Below are positions 51,575-64,000 of a stretch of DNA of 64,000 nt, piece by piece (the first letter of the stretch is position 1; the number at the start of each line of letters is the position of its first letter). The position numbers and the translations under genes were made by a program. The stretch comes from Octopus bimaculoides (Eukaryota): positions 15,045,761-15,109,760 of the forward strand of contig NC_068991.1 of the NCBI RefSeq assembly GCF_001194135.2. Direction: 5' to 3'. The notes beneath the pieces were generated by a model, which saw only the letters and a list, made by a program, of their open reading frames with translations, had not been told where the DNA came from and ran no database searches.

Positions 51575-52240
51575 NNNNNNNNNNNNNNNNNNNNNNNNNN
51601 NNNNNNNNNNNNNNNNNNNNNNNNNNNNNNNNNNNNNNNNNNNNNNNNNNNNNNNNNNNNNNNNNNNNNNNNNNNNNNNNNNNNNNNNNNNNNNNNNNNN
51701 NNNNNNNNNNNNNNNNNNNNNNNNNNNNNNNNNNNNNNNNNNNNNNNNNNNNNNNNNNNNNNNNNNNNNNNNNNNNNNNNNNNNNNNNNNNNNNNNNNNN
51801 NNNNNNNNNNNNNNNNNNNNNNNNNNNNNNNNNNNNNNNNNNNNNNNNNNNNNNNNNNNNNNNNNNNNNNNNNNNNNNNNNNNNNNNNNNNNNNNNNNNN
51901 NNNNNNNNNNNNNNNNNNNNNNNNNNNNNNNNNNNNNNNNNNNNNNNNNNNNNNNNNNNNNNNNNNNNNNNNNNNNNNNNNNNNNNNNNNNNNNNNNNNN
52001 NNNNNNNNNNNNNNNTATATATATATATATTGTATGTGTTTGTATGTCTATGTTTGTACCCCACCACCAGTGTTGGTGTGTTTACATCCTTGTAACTTAG
52101 CGATCTGACAAAGAGAATGATAGAATAGTTACCAGGCTTGCAAAGAAAACAAAAAAGTACTGGTGTTGATTCATTTAGGTCAAAGTTATTCAAAATGTTG
52201 CCCCCAGCATGGCCACAGTCTAAAGACTGAATCAAGATAA
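51361..52240 (+). mobile_element. Diverged copy of the second SINE family spanning an assembly gap
   Basis: Head at 51361-51520, tail at 52030-52240. Confidence 0.7.
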
Positions 52241-52509
52241 ATGATAGACAAAAAAAAAATTATACAAAACATTAACAGGGCAACTGAACTGCTGCTAAGC
52301 ACAGGTGGGTGGAATCCTTCAACAATGGCAGCATAATTTTAACCAAGAAAGTCTCACATTAGCATCCAGCAAAAAGGTTAACAACCTGTAATCATATTTT
52401 TTTTAAATTATCAGCAGTTTGCATAAACCAGTTTCCCCATTGTCAAAGCATGTGAATGTGTGTGTAGGAGGTACACTTTATATACATGTGTGTATATGCA
52501 TAAACATTT

Positions 52510-52898
52510 GTTGTTTGTTGGCACTCCATTACTTACGACATCGAGGGTTCCAGTTGATCCGATCAACGGAACAGCCTGCTTGTGAAATTAACGTGCAAGT
52601 GGCTGAGCATTCCACAGACACTTGTACCCTTAACGTAGTTCTCGGGGGGATATTCAGCATGACACAGTGTGACAAGGCTGACCCTTTGAATTACAGGCAC
52701 AACAGAAACAGGAAGTAAGAATGAGAGAAAGTTGTGGTTAAAGAGTACAGCAGTGCTCGCCACCATCCCCTGCCGGAGCCTCGGGGAGCTTTAGGTGTTT
52801 TCGCTCAATAAACACACACTACGCTCGGTCTGGGAATCGAAACCGCGATCCTATGACCGCGAGTCTGCTGCCCTAACCACTGGGCCATTGCACCTCCA
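52510..52898 (-). mobile_element. Full-length copy of the same tRNA-derived SINE with 11-bp TSD
   Basis: Reverse complement of 57617-58002. TSD CATAAACATTT at 52499-52509 and 52899-52909. Confidence 0.9.
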
Positions 52899-53345
52899 CA
52901 TAAACATTTATATACACATATATACACACATATACATGGTGGAGGCTTAATCATTTCAACATCTAATGTTCCGTGCTTTCATAGGTCAGACAAAATTTGA
53001 TGGAGCAGAATTTGTACAGTCAGATGTTCTTCCAGTCACCAACCTTCACCTCTTTCCAAGCAAAGAAGTAATTTCTGTACATGATAAATGTACAAAAAGA
53101 AGAAAAAAAGAATCTCAACAAAACAAAGGAGCAATTTCAAAAGTGATCTTGTAAAAATCAACCAGAGGTGCTTCAACGGTATGGCAAATACAGGACCTAC
53201 AGATTTACTACTATCAACTTTTGGTATGGAAGGCCAGAATGTAAACCTTTCATTATCTGAATATGAGCATAAAATAAAACAGTTCTGTTCTTCAAACACC
53301 TCAATTAGAAGTAAAATACTTTAAATATCCAAAATATTATTTCAG

Positions 53346-53508
53346 TTGCAGCGTGGAAGGTGTTTATAAGCCATTTAAAATAACACACAAAGACCGATAG
53401 ATTCACTTCAACATTTAAATCTAATTTGTCAAAATTTAAATGTTGAAGTGAATCTATCGGTCTTTGTGTGTTATTTTAAATGGCTTATAAACACCTTCCA
53501 TGCTGCAA
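53346..53508. repeat. Near-perfect foldback with 75-bp arms and 13-nt loop
   Basis: 53346-53420 vs 53434-53508, one mismatch seen. Confidence 0.9.
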
Positions 53509-53741
53509 TTGCTTTCGTTCCAACACACGATTTCAGATCAGGTCACTTGCTATGCAAGTACATCTCCGTAATTATTTCAGTTATTTAATGCAAAGATAAA
53601 ATCAACAAATAATCAAGAAGCCTAATACATAAACACTGTCATTATTAAAATACGAACATAAACTGAAGATATTTAAATTTAAGTATTCCATGACGAAAGT
53701 GGTTACATTCTGGACTGGGTTTTTTTTGTTTCTTTTTTTCT

Positions 53742-53789
<48 letters not shown>

Positions 53790-54242
53790 CCTTCCATACT
53801 GAAGTTTGATAGCACTAATTTCATGGGATGCATGTTTGCTTATTGAGCCAATATTAATATAATTAAACAGCTTCTATGTGCAGGCATGGCAGCAGTTAAG
53901 AAGGTTGGTCGTGAGTTCAGTCTCACTGCATGGACCTCGAATAAATGTCTTCTATAGCTGCAAGCCAACCAAAGCCATCAGTGGATTTGGCAGCATGTGT
54001 GCATGCATGGGTTTGTATATATATCCTTGCCTTGACATCATGTGATTGTTGTAAACAAGCACCACCATCATACAAGCTATGTTATGGTTCCCAGTCTTCT
54101 GTGGGAACCATGTTTGATGATGGGAAACAGGTGGGGACTGACAACAGGAAGAGCATCCAGCCACATAAAATTTACTTCAACAAATCCCGTCGGACCCATG
54201 CAAACATGGAAAAGTGGACATCAAATGATGATGATGAACGAT

Positions 54243-54939
54243 GGGCCTCACCGAGGCGATGACTTCTGACTGAGACCTTTGGAAATATGCTGTGCGTGAG
54301 AAGACCCAGCAAGCCAAGTGAGACCCAAATCCAAGGACTCTGCCAGAGGTGTAGCCAGCCCACTTATGCGTACCTTTCCTTCATTGGACACTAAACTCTG
54401 CTTGCAAGGACCTGTTGAGGCAAGTGAAATCAAAATCGAACTAAATTCGACGACAGGCACCCATTCCAATGTCGTCTCCTTCATTGGACACTAAACTCGG
54501 CTTGCAAAGACCTGTTGGAGCAAGCGAAAGTGAAATCATGATGGCACCTGTGCCCAGCATTGCCTTCCTGGCACTTGTGCCAGTGGCACGTGTAAAGACA
54601 TTCGAGCGAGATCGTTGCCAGTGCCGCNNNNNNNNNNNNNNNNNNNNNNNNNNNNNNNNNNNNNNNNNNNNNNNNNNNNNNNNNNNGCGGGTGGCACGTA
54701 AAATACACCATTTTGAGCATGGCCGTTGCCAGTACCGCCTGACTGGCCCACGTGCCGGTGGCACGTAAAAGCACCCACTACACTCTCGGAGTGGTTGGCG
54801 TTAGGAAGGGCATCCAGCTGTAGAAACTCTGCCAAATCAGATTGGAGCCTGGTGCAGCAATCTGGTTCACCAGTCCTCAGTCAAATCATCCAACCCATGC
54901 TAGCATGGAAAGCGGACGTTAAACGATGATGATGATGAT
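54243..54939 (+). mobile_element. 5'-truncated RTE LINE 3' end: ORF C-terminus, long 3' UTR with internal tandem duplications, (ATG)n tail
   Basis: One frame reads LTEAMTSD*DLWKYAVREKTQQAK*. A roughly 100-bp duplication lies at about 54375-54540, then the shared GTGCCGGTGGCACGTAAAAGCACC...GGACGTTAAACGATGATG tail. Confidence 0.7.
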
Positions 54940-57616
54940 CTAGCTTAAAAGCCACACTGTGTGAACTTTTTAGCTGGCTCCTGTGGCCCAAAACTGAAAA
55001 GAGCTAAATAGCATGACTACATGTACAATCACTATATGACCCAGTGGTGTTTGATCAGAGGTTAAGGACGGATGAGAATTAATTCTGTAACACAATCAAT
55101 TTCTATTGTTCCAGTCCCAAGTTGAATTCTAACTGTTGGCCAATTTGTCCCAAATTTCTTACCTCGACATAAAATTAACGAAGTGAATGTCATGGTTAGA
55201 ACTCTTTTGTATTATCACCTTATATTTCTGCTTTCTATCCTGGCATGGGTAGGAAGGGTTGTCAAGGTCCATGTTATTTACGAGGAGCTACTGCTCTCAG
55301 AGACCAGTACTCGTTAGTAATTTGGTTTGGTTTTGATGGTCACTTGCCATTCTTATCACTAATCACTTTACAGAATGTACTACGAGCATTTTCTTATGGC
55401 ACTAGAAATAGAAAGGTTTATAAGTTCTAGACAAAACACGACTAAAGGGACCTCTCAGCCCTCTACTTTCTCTGCTTATTTGCCAACCATTTTAGTGTGT
55501 ACCAGATATGTATGAAGTGGGGGGTGGGGGCAACAGCACAAGGAAACAAAAACCTGTCCAACCACTGAGCTATTTTGTTCAAATGCCTGGGTTGGAAACC
55601 AGAAGAACATCCAGCCATCGAAAATTTACCTCAAAAAAGTTTTGTCTCACCTAACATTAAATCAATGCTGATGAGAAGTTTAATGTATTATCACTTTCAT
55701 ATAAAAAAAAAAATAACACTGTTAAAGTGATTCAAAATCCTTTCTTACAAATCAGTTAACATTTGGTTCACATGTTTAAAAAGTGCACCAGTGTATGAAT
55801 AAATACAGTAAACTAGCCTTGGTTCTTTTGCTTGTTGTGGTGACTGCAACCATAATAACAACAGCATAATGGTTAGTATATAGTTTATGATAATGATTGT
55901 GAACTTGAACCAAACGTTGCTCTTTTACAAGCAGTGCATGAAGCAGATTGTTGGTAACCAGTAAGCTACCTTAGCTTTGCTTCTCTCAACATACTACATA
56001 AAATCCTAAGTCTGCAGTCAGGTGGACACTAGATCACAAGCAACAGGTGAACCAATACTAGGCCAGATAGAAATAGCAGCTAAATTTATCTCAGATCACA
56101 CCTATCACCTAAAATATAACAATCTGCTTAAAAATAACAAACAAATGTTCCTCAAATCACCTCAGAGAAAGGATTGGGAAGAACGGATTACTGTGGGTCT
56201 GAATACTCAGAAATAGATGAGATGGTCATGGTTAGAATACCTTTTTATGATATAGGTTTGCTCAACGATGACAACAATAACGCTAACCCTAACTCTAACC
56301 TGGAGCTAAACAATAATGTCAAAAATAGGGGGTGTTTTATTTAACCACCCTACCAAGGTCAAGTAACATGAATTGCTTGAAACCTAACACCACAGAGGAC
56401 TAAGTACAGACTAACAAATTCTTTGTAAGAATTCTGTGAATTTCACGGCAGGAAATTACCATCACATGCTGTTTAATGACTCATTCCTGTTTACTCCAAC
56501 AAGATTCTTCAGCACATTTCAAGAAATAAAGTTCCAGTAACTACTGATACATTTCCAACCTAAAAGTTCTTGAATGAATTTTGGCACTTGGCATTCAAGA
56601 CCATTTCATATGTTTGTAGGTCATAGCAGTATATACAACTGATACTCAAACCAGGTGAGCTATAGAGCTAAAAAGATTAATAACGATTACATCTATCAAC
56701 CACACCTCCATCATCATCATTTAAGGTTCGTTTTCCATGTTGGCATGGGTTGGAAGATTTGGCAGGAGCTGGCATTACTGTGTGGGAAGCACAGATGTGG
56801 ATGTGTGGTTTAGAAGCTTGCTTCCCAACCATGTGGTCTTGGGTTTTGGTCTCATTGCAGAGCACTTTAACCAAGCGATTTTACCAGGGCTGTGGAGTCA
56901 AAACAAAAACACTTTGACTCCTCTACTATTGGCACCTCTGACTCCAACTCCTCTTTAAGTAGTTGATTGTGGTACATGTCTCATAAGGCATATGCATAAG
57001 CTTGTACTTTTGAATAGGCCTATATGTTATAATTGGGTTTATATTAAAGAATAAAGATATTGTGATTCGGAATCGGTATAGTTTTACTGACTCCGACTCC
57101 AGCTACTCCTTAATTGCTTCCAAATCCGACTCCACATCCCTGCTTTTTTTACAATACCTGCAGATTGACCAGATTGGCCTTGTAGATAGATTTAGTAGAC
57201 AGAAACTGAAAAAAGACTGTTATGAGAGAGAGAGAGATGGGGGGGGGGGGGTACCCTTGCCTCAAAATTATGTGATGTTTGTAAACAAACATCATTATCA
57301 TACAAATGATGTTCGTTTCCAGTCTTCCATCGGAAATATGACTGGAAACATGTGAGTGTTGGTAATAGTAAAGGCATCTGGTTGAAGAAAATGTTCCTCA
57401 ATAAATTTCATATGACCCATGCAAACATGGAAAAAAGACTTCAAAAACAATGATAATGGTGATGATATTTATGTTTGTGTGTGGATATTTATATTACCTT
57501 TGCATGGAAAACTGCCAACGTATCACCTATAGCTAACTCTTCATCTTTAAAGACAAGTGTAATATTAAAAAAAAAAAGCCACTACTTGAAAAATAGGTAT
57601 GGGTTAATAACAAGAG

Positions 57617-58002
57617 TGTGGAGGTACAATGGCCCAGTGGTTAGGGCAGCGGACTCACGGTCGTAGGATCGCGGTTTCGATTCCCAAGACCGGGCGTTGT
57701 GAGTGTTTATTGAGCGAAAACACCTAAAAGCTCCACGAGGCTCCGGCAGGGAATGGTGGCGAACCCTGCTGTACTCTTTCACCACAACTTTCTCTCATTC
57801 TTTCTTCCTGTTGTGCCTGTAATTCAAAGGGTCAGCGTCAGCCTTGTCACACTGTGTCACGCTGAATATCCCCCGAAAACTACGTTAAGGGTACACGTGT
57901 CTGTGGAGTGCTCAACCACTTGCACGTTAATTTCACAAGCAGGCTGTTCCGTTGATTGGATCAATTGGAACCCTTGACGTCGTAAGCGACGGAGTGCCAA
58001 AC
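57617..58002 (+). mobile_element. Full-length tRNA-derived SINE (~390 bp, CAA-type tail) with 11-bp TSD
   Basis: A-box TGGCCCAGTGG and B-box GGTTTCGATTCC. TSD AATAACAAGAG at 57606-57616 and 58003-58013. Confidence 0.9.
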
Positions 58003-58414
58003 AATAACAAGAGGAGGACAATGCCTAAATAAGTATTTCTCCAAACCATGCTGGCATGGAAAAATGGACATAGAAGAAACAAAACAAATTATGCGCTTTA
58101 AATGTCAACCATGACTGTTCCATGATGTAAACATTTCAGGTGCCATTTCTGATCTTGGACCAAGTCATTTCCTTCTTTTCTTATCAACTAAGGGCCCAGC
58201 ATCAACAAAGGGTAAAATCAGGCAGAGGCAAGTCAATTTACCTGCCCGGATCCAGCAGTGACTGTAGAACAACCAGCCATAGAAACCATATGCCACGACA
58301 GACAACTGGAGTCTGGACAGCTCCCCGACTCGCCAGTTCCTGTCAAGCTACCAAACCCATGCCAGCATGGAAAACGGATGTATGATGATGATGATGATGA
58401 TGATGATGGTGGTG

Positions 58415-58448
<34 letters not shown>

Positions 58449-58449
<1 letters not shown>

Positions 58450-58660
58450 GGTAGTAAGATGGTACAATTGTTAGAACGGTGGACGAAATGTTTAGCAGTA
58501 TTTTGCCCATCGCTATGTTCTGAGTTCCAATTCCGCTGTGGTCGACTTCACTTTCATCCTTCTGGGGTTCGATAAAATAAGTACCAGTAAAACACTGAGG
58601 TTCATGAAATTGACTTATCCCCTCCCCAAAAATTGCTGCCCTTGTGGCAAAATTTGAAAC
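58449..58660 (+). mobile_element. Copy of the third SINE-like family
   Basis: aaggtagt...ctgagttccaattccgctgtggtcgact...aaaattgctgcccttgtggcaaaatttgaaa. Confidence 0.65.
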
Positions 58661-58879
58661 CGTCATCATCATTATCATCACCATAATAATAATAATAATA
58701 ATAATAATAAGCAGTGAATACAGTAGATTGGCGGAAATCATAATAGTGCCAGACAAGATACACTGCAGTATTTGTTCTGATATTTGAACATAAACTTTGC
58801 TGCATTTGAACTCAGAAGATAAAGAATTGTCCATAGATACCACGAAGCACTTTGTTCGATGGTCTAATGATTCTGCAAA

Positions 58880-59150
58880 TCCAGTAATGATTTCCAATAG
58901 TGAGAGAGCCAGCAGTACAGCAAAACTTCCAGTGGCCTGAGCATGTCCAAGAAATGGTAACATAAAAGAATCTAATGGAGACAAATAATACTTTACTCAC
59001 AACTATCTGGTGGTACAAGAAATCGGAGTTAGGCCCTGAATGAGATACAGGGATTAAACACAACTTGAGATTAAATACAGATATCCAGAGATGGATCACT
59101 GCAGTTCAAGACAAAAACCTATGGAGGAGAGTGATCTACTTTGATGCTGA
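58880..59150 (+). mobile_element. RTE-like LINE ORF C-terminal relic
   Basis: Decayed KLQWPEHVQEM...RP.MRYRD-type sequence. Confidence 0.45.
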
Positions 59151-59940
59151 TGGCAATATTTAGAGTTATCACTCATATAATTTTAGAAAATTAGATAGAA
59201 TAATGTCATGGCATCTGTTCCAGTCTCTGTGCTCGAGTTCAAATCCACTTTGCCTTTTGTTCTTGAGAGTTGATTAAAAGAAAAAAAACATACTTAGGAA
59301 GGGCATTGGCATTGGCATTAGAAACTCTGTCAAATCAGAATGGAGCCTGGTGTAGCCATCTGGTTTCACCAGACCTCAGTCAAATCGTCCAGCCCATGCT
59401 AGCATGGAAAGCGGACGTTAAACGATGATGATGATGATCAAGGATGTGGATTGGTTGAAACGCTGTAAGATCTGGCCTGATGTCACACAACATGTGCCCA
59501 GTTCTGTGCCTTCTGGTAGCAACATCAGCGACAACACTATTGGCCCTAAAGCACCAGCTTTTCCAACGGACAACATCAGTAGTGTGGAAAGAGACTTGCA
59601 TGACTGTAACTTCTGGTCATTCTCAAAATGTCTTGCCTAATCTACACGTATGCAGATGCATGGTCCACTTTGACCAACAGAAGCCCCTAACTGGCTGAGA
59701 ATTTCAAAATCATAGTAAGTTACCAGTTTCTCTGATCCTTAGATAGTAACATACGTGATTTTTGTCAATTTATTCGTTCAAGCCCACAATGAAAATGCTT
59801 CGTTCAACAGCAGATTCTCATTAAGACACAACTTGAGCAAGATTGTAAAATATCCAGAGTTGTCTCCCATACTTCCAAAATTCATCTTACTTCAGCTTTT
59901 TTGTTACATGCTTTTTATATCTTTATCACTCAATTACATT

Positions 59941-59971
<31 letters not shown>

Positions 59972-60878
59972 ACAGGTGGTATTTCAAACTCATCTAACTT
60001 ATGAATAATTCTACCTAAATATACATTTCTGTAGCAATTCTATTTCTAACATCATGACCAAGTTATTTTGGGAAAATTTACAGCTTTGACAAGTATCTCA
60101 CTATCATGGTTTCTCTATATTGTATATTACTAGCAATGGTCTTGATTTCAGCTCACAATGACACTTTGCCCAAATGACTTCTACTGTAACCTCAAGGTCG
60201 ACCCAAATCATGGGAATGAAACTGGGTAAAAAGACACTATCGGAAAACCTAGCAAATGAAACTATAACAAACGAATTGTAATTTCTCAATCCTTACTTTC
60301 TTTAGTCTAGCAGGCTCACAGAATTATCCCATTTTGATACCAACCAGCTTCGGTTCTAACAACACGAACTTCCTGCTTTAAAACGATCTTAAAACCTATC
60401 AAAATTTCATGTCACCCCAAACATCTACTAAATAATGACAAGGTTATTTCACTAAATTCTTCATTTTCAAAATTACTTGAAACAAGAGCTGTGTATTCCA
60501 GCAGAAATATGAGAAGCAAAGTCTTAAAATGATCAACATTAAAACTGTACATCAAAATTTCATGTTATGTTCTAAACACCAGCTTAATAATGACAAAGTT
60601 ATTTTTTACAAAATTTTTCATTATTTTCAAAATTAATTGAAACGAGGGCTGGGGAACAAAACGACTAACCTAGCCAAGAGTTCAGTGATTCAGAAGTTTA
60701 CTCATCAACGCTGTTCTGTGTCAATGATTAAGACGGGGGAACATCTGCTCCCCAACCACCTGATTCCGGCAGCCCAAACAGGCACCATGAAGCTGAAACA
60801 GCTAACTTGTCACTCAAAGCAGCAACAGGAAACATCATCATTTGGCTGCAGTAGCAGACATTTCCAATCCTCTTTCAT

Positions 60879-61265
60879 GTTGTTGTTGGCACTTCATCGC
60901 TTACGACGTCGAGGGTTCCAGTTGATCCGATCAACGGAACAGCCTGCTCGTGAAATTAACGTGCAAGTGGCTGAGCACTCCACAGACAAGTGTACCCTTA
61001 ACGTAGTTCTCGGGGATATTCAGCGTGACACAGTGTGACAAGGCTGACCCTTTGAATTACAGGCACAACAGAAACAGGAAGTAAGAGTGAGAGAAAGTTG
61101 TGGTGAAAGAGTACAGCGGGGTTCGCCACCATCCCCTGCCGGAGCCTCGTGGAGTTTTTAGGTGTTTTCGCTCAATAAACACTCACAGCGCCCTGTCTGG
61201 GAATCGAAACCGCGATCCTATGACCGCGAGGCCGCTGCCCTAACCACTGGGCTATTGCGCCTCCA
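60879..61265 (-). mobile_element. Full-length copy of the same tRNA-derived SINE
   Basis: Reverse complement of 57617-58002. Near-perfect 10-bp TSD CCT(C/T)TTTCAT. Confidence 0.9.
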
Positions 61266-61837
61266 CCCTTTTTCATACTCTTTGCAGATTTCATCATCAA
61301 CTGTGGTCCCATAGACAATTAGCACTCATCATCATGAAAAAAATGGAAACCGAGCAGAATTTTTGAGCTCAGAACATGGAGACAGAATAGATGCCAAAGG
61401 AAATCTCTCTGAAACTCTAACAATTCTACAAATTCTGAGCCCTAAACTGGTAATTTATCAACCACAAATAAAAAAATAAAGTTGGCTGCAGCGGAATTTG
61501 AATTCAGAGAGCAAGGGGCCCGGAATAACTGCCACAGAGCTTCCCATCAAATGCTCTGTTTCAGTTAATTCACCACCTTTAGCAAGCAGCAGCACTGAAG
61601 ACTTAGCTTCTGGCACTTGTTAGATTCAACTTTTACTTTTCCTTGAGGTACAATCAACGAAGGAACTTTTTACATGGTCACTTGACATGACAGTAATTAC
61701 AACTAAAATCTCCCACAAATCCCATCCTACTGTTTAAAATAAATGAAAGGAAACATTATATGAAGACTAAGGAAGGATTCGGTTCCAGATACACCATCTA
61801 ATGCTTGCAGTTCATTCTAAGAAAAATTGATTATTTC

Positions 61838-62025
61838 TTGTTTAGGCACAAGGCCAGCAAATTTGAGGCATAGGGATGTTGATTACAGCAACTCCAGTGC
61901 TCTACTGGCACTTATTATATCAACCCTGAAAGAATGAAAGGCAAAGTCAACCTCAGTGGTATTTGAACTCAGAATGTGAAGAAGTGCTGCTAAGTATTTT
62001 GTGCAGTGAGTAAAGGATTCTGTCA
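61838..62025 (-). mobile_element. Reverse copy of the third SINE-like family
   Basis: Reverse complement of the 58449-58660 consensus. Confidence 0.6.
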
Positions 62026-63095
62026 GCTGGCCACTGCCTTCATCTATGAAAAGATGATGACAAACAGACATCAACTTGAAGCAATTCCAAGGTTGATTAC
62101 GAATCAAAGTGTTTCTCTTGGGGAGATGGCATGGCATGGCACTACACAAGTTAGTAAAAACTGACAACAGATGGTTCAATAGGTAGAGCAAATAAAAGAA
62201 TAAGGAGTACTGGGATCAGATTTAAACTACAGACTATGTAGCTATTCAAGCCAGTTATTATTTTAGCATTTAGTAGCTTCACATTGTAAAACACACCTTA
62301 TATGTTTCCAGAACAACAATTATGAGAGCCATCTTGTGGTCACTCGACTCAGTAGCAACCAAACCAATGACGGAGCCTCTATGTGGTCATTGACCCACTA
62401 GAAACAGTGGCTAAATCTACTTCAAACTACATTCTGCTACCTTTAATAAAAAAAAATTTTTTTTTTTATAAACAAGAACACATTGGATAAAGTAGTCACC
62501 GAAATACAAAGCCTGAAGAAAGATGGGATAACCATGAATAGGATGCTTTCATCATAGGTCTTCTCGTTAAGGCTGATCTTTGGAAATAAAATAGTTCAGC
62601 AGAAAGCCTCTGAGATGAAGTCAATGGGGTCATATCTCACTGAATTGCTATTTTATGAACTGCATCAAGTTACATGATATTCCCAAAGCTAAGGCGCCAA
62701 CCACAAGGAAATTGCAACCTGCTTTGATTATTTGATCTTTTTATATGTTACAGTTGACCCCTGCCAACTGCATATCATATCAATTACATTTGGCAACAAC
62801 TTTGATATTGAACTTGAACTAATCAAGGTGACAATATTAAACCTTTAATGTTGACAATCTTGCACTTGTCTGGGTCACTTGATCCCATTCAAGTGCTACT
62901 CCTGAGCACACCAGCATAAACCATTGATATTTAATTAACACTGGCCAAGATGAGGGGGCTCATTCATATGCTACAGCTAGCACATTAATATAAACTATAA
63001 ACATTAAAGACTGACCGAGAGAGGTGACGGCAACAATCCTGCACTCATTAGAGCCACTTGATCTCGTTCATGTACTACAGCTGACCACACCAGTG

Positions 63096-63318
63096 TAACC
63101 CAACGGGTTATCAGTCTGATTACTGTCAAATGTAATGGTTATTTATTTACGTTGTTTGGGATTATCATTATCTCAAAGCTTTAGAATTCTGATGATGTAA
63201 CTACATTTTTAGAATGCCACTGTAGGATAGGCATGAGCGGCTAGATCTAGCTGATTTAAACATAGAACAAATAGAATATTAGGGCTGGACACAGCCAGTT
63301 TAAATGCTAAAGAGTTAA
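63096..63318 (+). mobile_element. Copy of the ~215-bp MITE
   Basis: Internal consensus and 3' end ttaaatgctaaagagttaa. Confidence 0.65.
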
Positions 63319-63460
63319 GCTATAAAGATTTAACACTAACCAATTTGAGGTGACAATAGCAATCCTGAAGCTGTTTGGACAACTCGACCACATTTATGTG
63401 CTACAACTGACCACACCTAGCATGTGTATAGCCATCTTCATGAACAACTAACTCTTAAAC

Positions 63461-63790
63461 AAGTTGTTCTCAACCAGGGTTCACATGGTTCTTCAGGGGT
63501 TCAATTAAGACCTTTGTTGTTAAAATTTATGAGCAATAAATTGATCATAATTCTACAATACAGAAAATATTTTTAACAGTTTTATTATAATTCTTAATAT
63601 TCAATTATAAATATATATATAATAAGATTTTATGGTTATGAAGGTCTATCAGAATGAAACAGGAATCAAGGAGGTCCGTAAAAAAAAATTGAGGACCTGT
63701 CTTAAACCAGGGCTGGCCAACCTGAGGCCCGCGGGCCACATGCAGCCCGCAGATTTTTATCTTGCGGCCTACTTGATACTTTCTTGAAAT
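63461..63790 (+). mobile_element. Decayed hAT-type MITE followed by a hAT/Charlie-like 5' terminus
   Basis: caagttgttctcaacc...ttgaggacctg, then CAGGGCTGGCCAACCTGAGGCCCGCGGGCCACATGCAGCCC from 63708. Confidence 0.5.
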
Positions 63791-63840
63791 GGATTTTGTT
63801 ACACAAATATTTTAAAAACTTCATCAAAAATTAAAGATTT

Positions 63841-63947
63841 GACTGAGGACTGGTGAAACCAGATGGCTACACCAGGCTCCAATCTGATTTGGCAGAGTTT
63901 CTACAGCTGGATGCCCTTCCTAACGTCAACCACTCCGAGAGTGTAGT
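63841..63947 (-). mobile_element. Internal fragment of the RTE 3'-UTR repeat
   Basis: Reverse complement of GAGTGGTTG(A/G)CGTTAGGAAGGGCATCCAGCTGTAGAAACTCTGCC...CCTCAGTC. Confidence 0.85.
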
Positions 63948-64000
63948 AATGTAATGAAAAGTAAAAAAGAAAGATACTACTGTTTTTGTAGCAATAATAT

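Noticed and set aside
57617-57695. tRNA gene-like sequence
   Set aside because: It is the head of a SINE with TSDs and three copies in the window, not a standalone tRNA.

Overview
AT-rich animal genomic DNA with many microsatellites and assembly gaps. The repeat content points to a coleoid cephalopod, probably Octopus (inference). The window lies inside one large minus-strand gene of the TIF1 family (TRIM24/TRIM33, Drosophila bonus-like). A 1,429-nt exon (38335-39763) encodes the end of the RING finger, B-box1, B-box2, the coiled coil and a long polyQ tract. A downstream Ser/Pro-rich exon (27250-27469) ends in phase 2. No PHD or bromodomain exon is visible. About 22 kb further downstream on the same strand is an uninterrupted Harbinger/HARBI1-like transposase ORF (4366-5395). 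It opens at a strong phase-2 splice acceptor and has lost the catalytic Glu of the DDE motif. The main hypothesis is a domesticated, probably nuclease-dead Harbinger transposase used as an in-frame alternative 3' terminal exon of TIF1, giving an RBCC-transposase chimera analogous to CSB-PGBD3. It may be one of several alternative C-terminal exons. The introns also hold RTE LINE pieces, tRNA-derived SINEs, TTAA-flanked MITEs, a mariner relic, an RLE-type retrotransposon relic, several foldback elements, and a Penelope-like insertion carrying a minimal hammerhead ribozyme in the sense of the host pre-mRNA. All splicing calls are read by eye and need RNA evidence.
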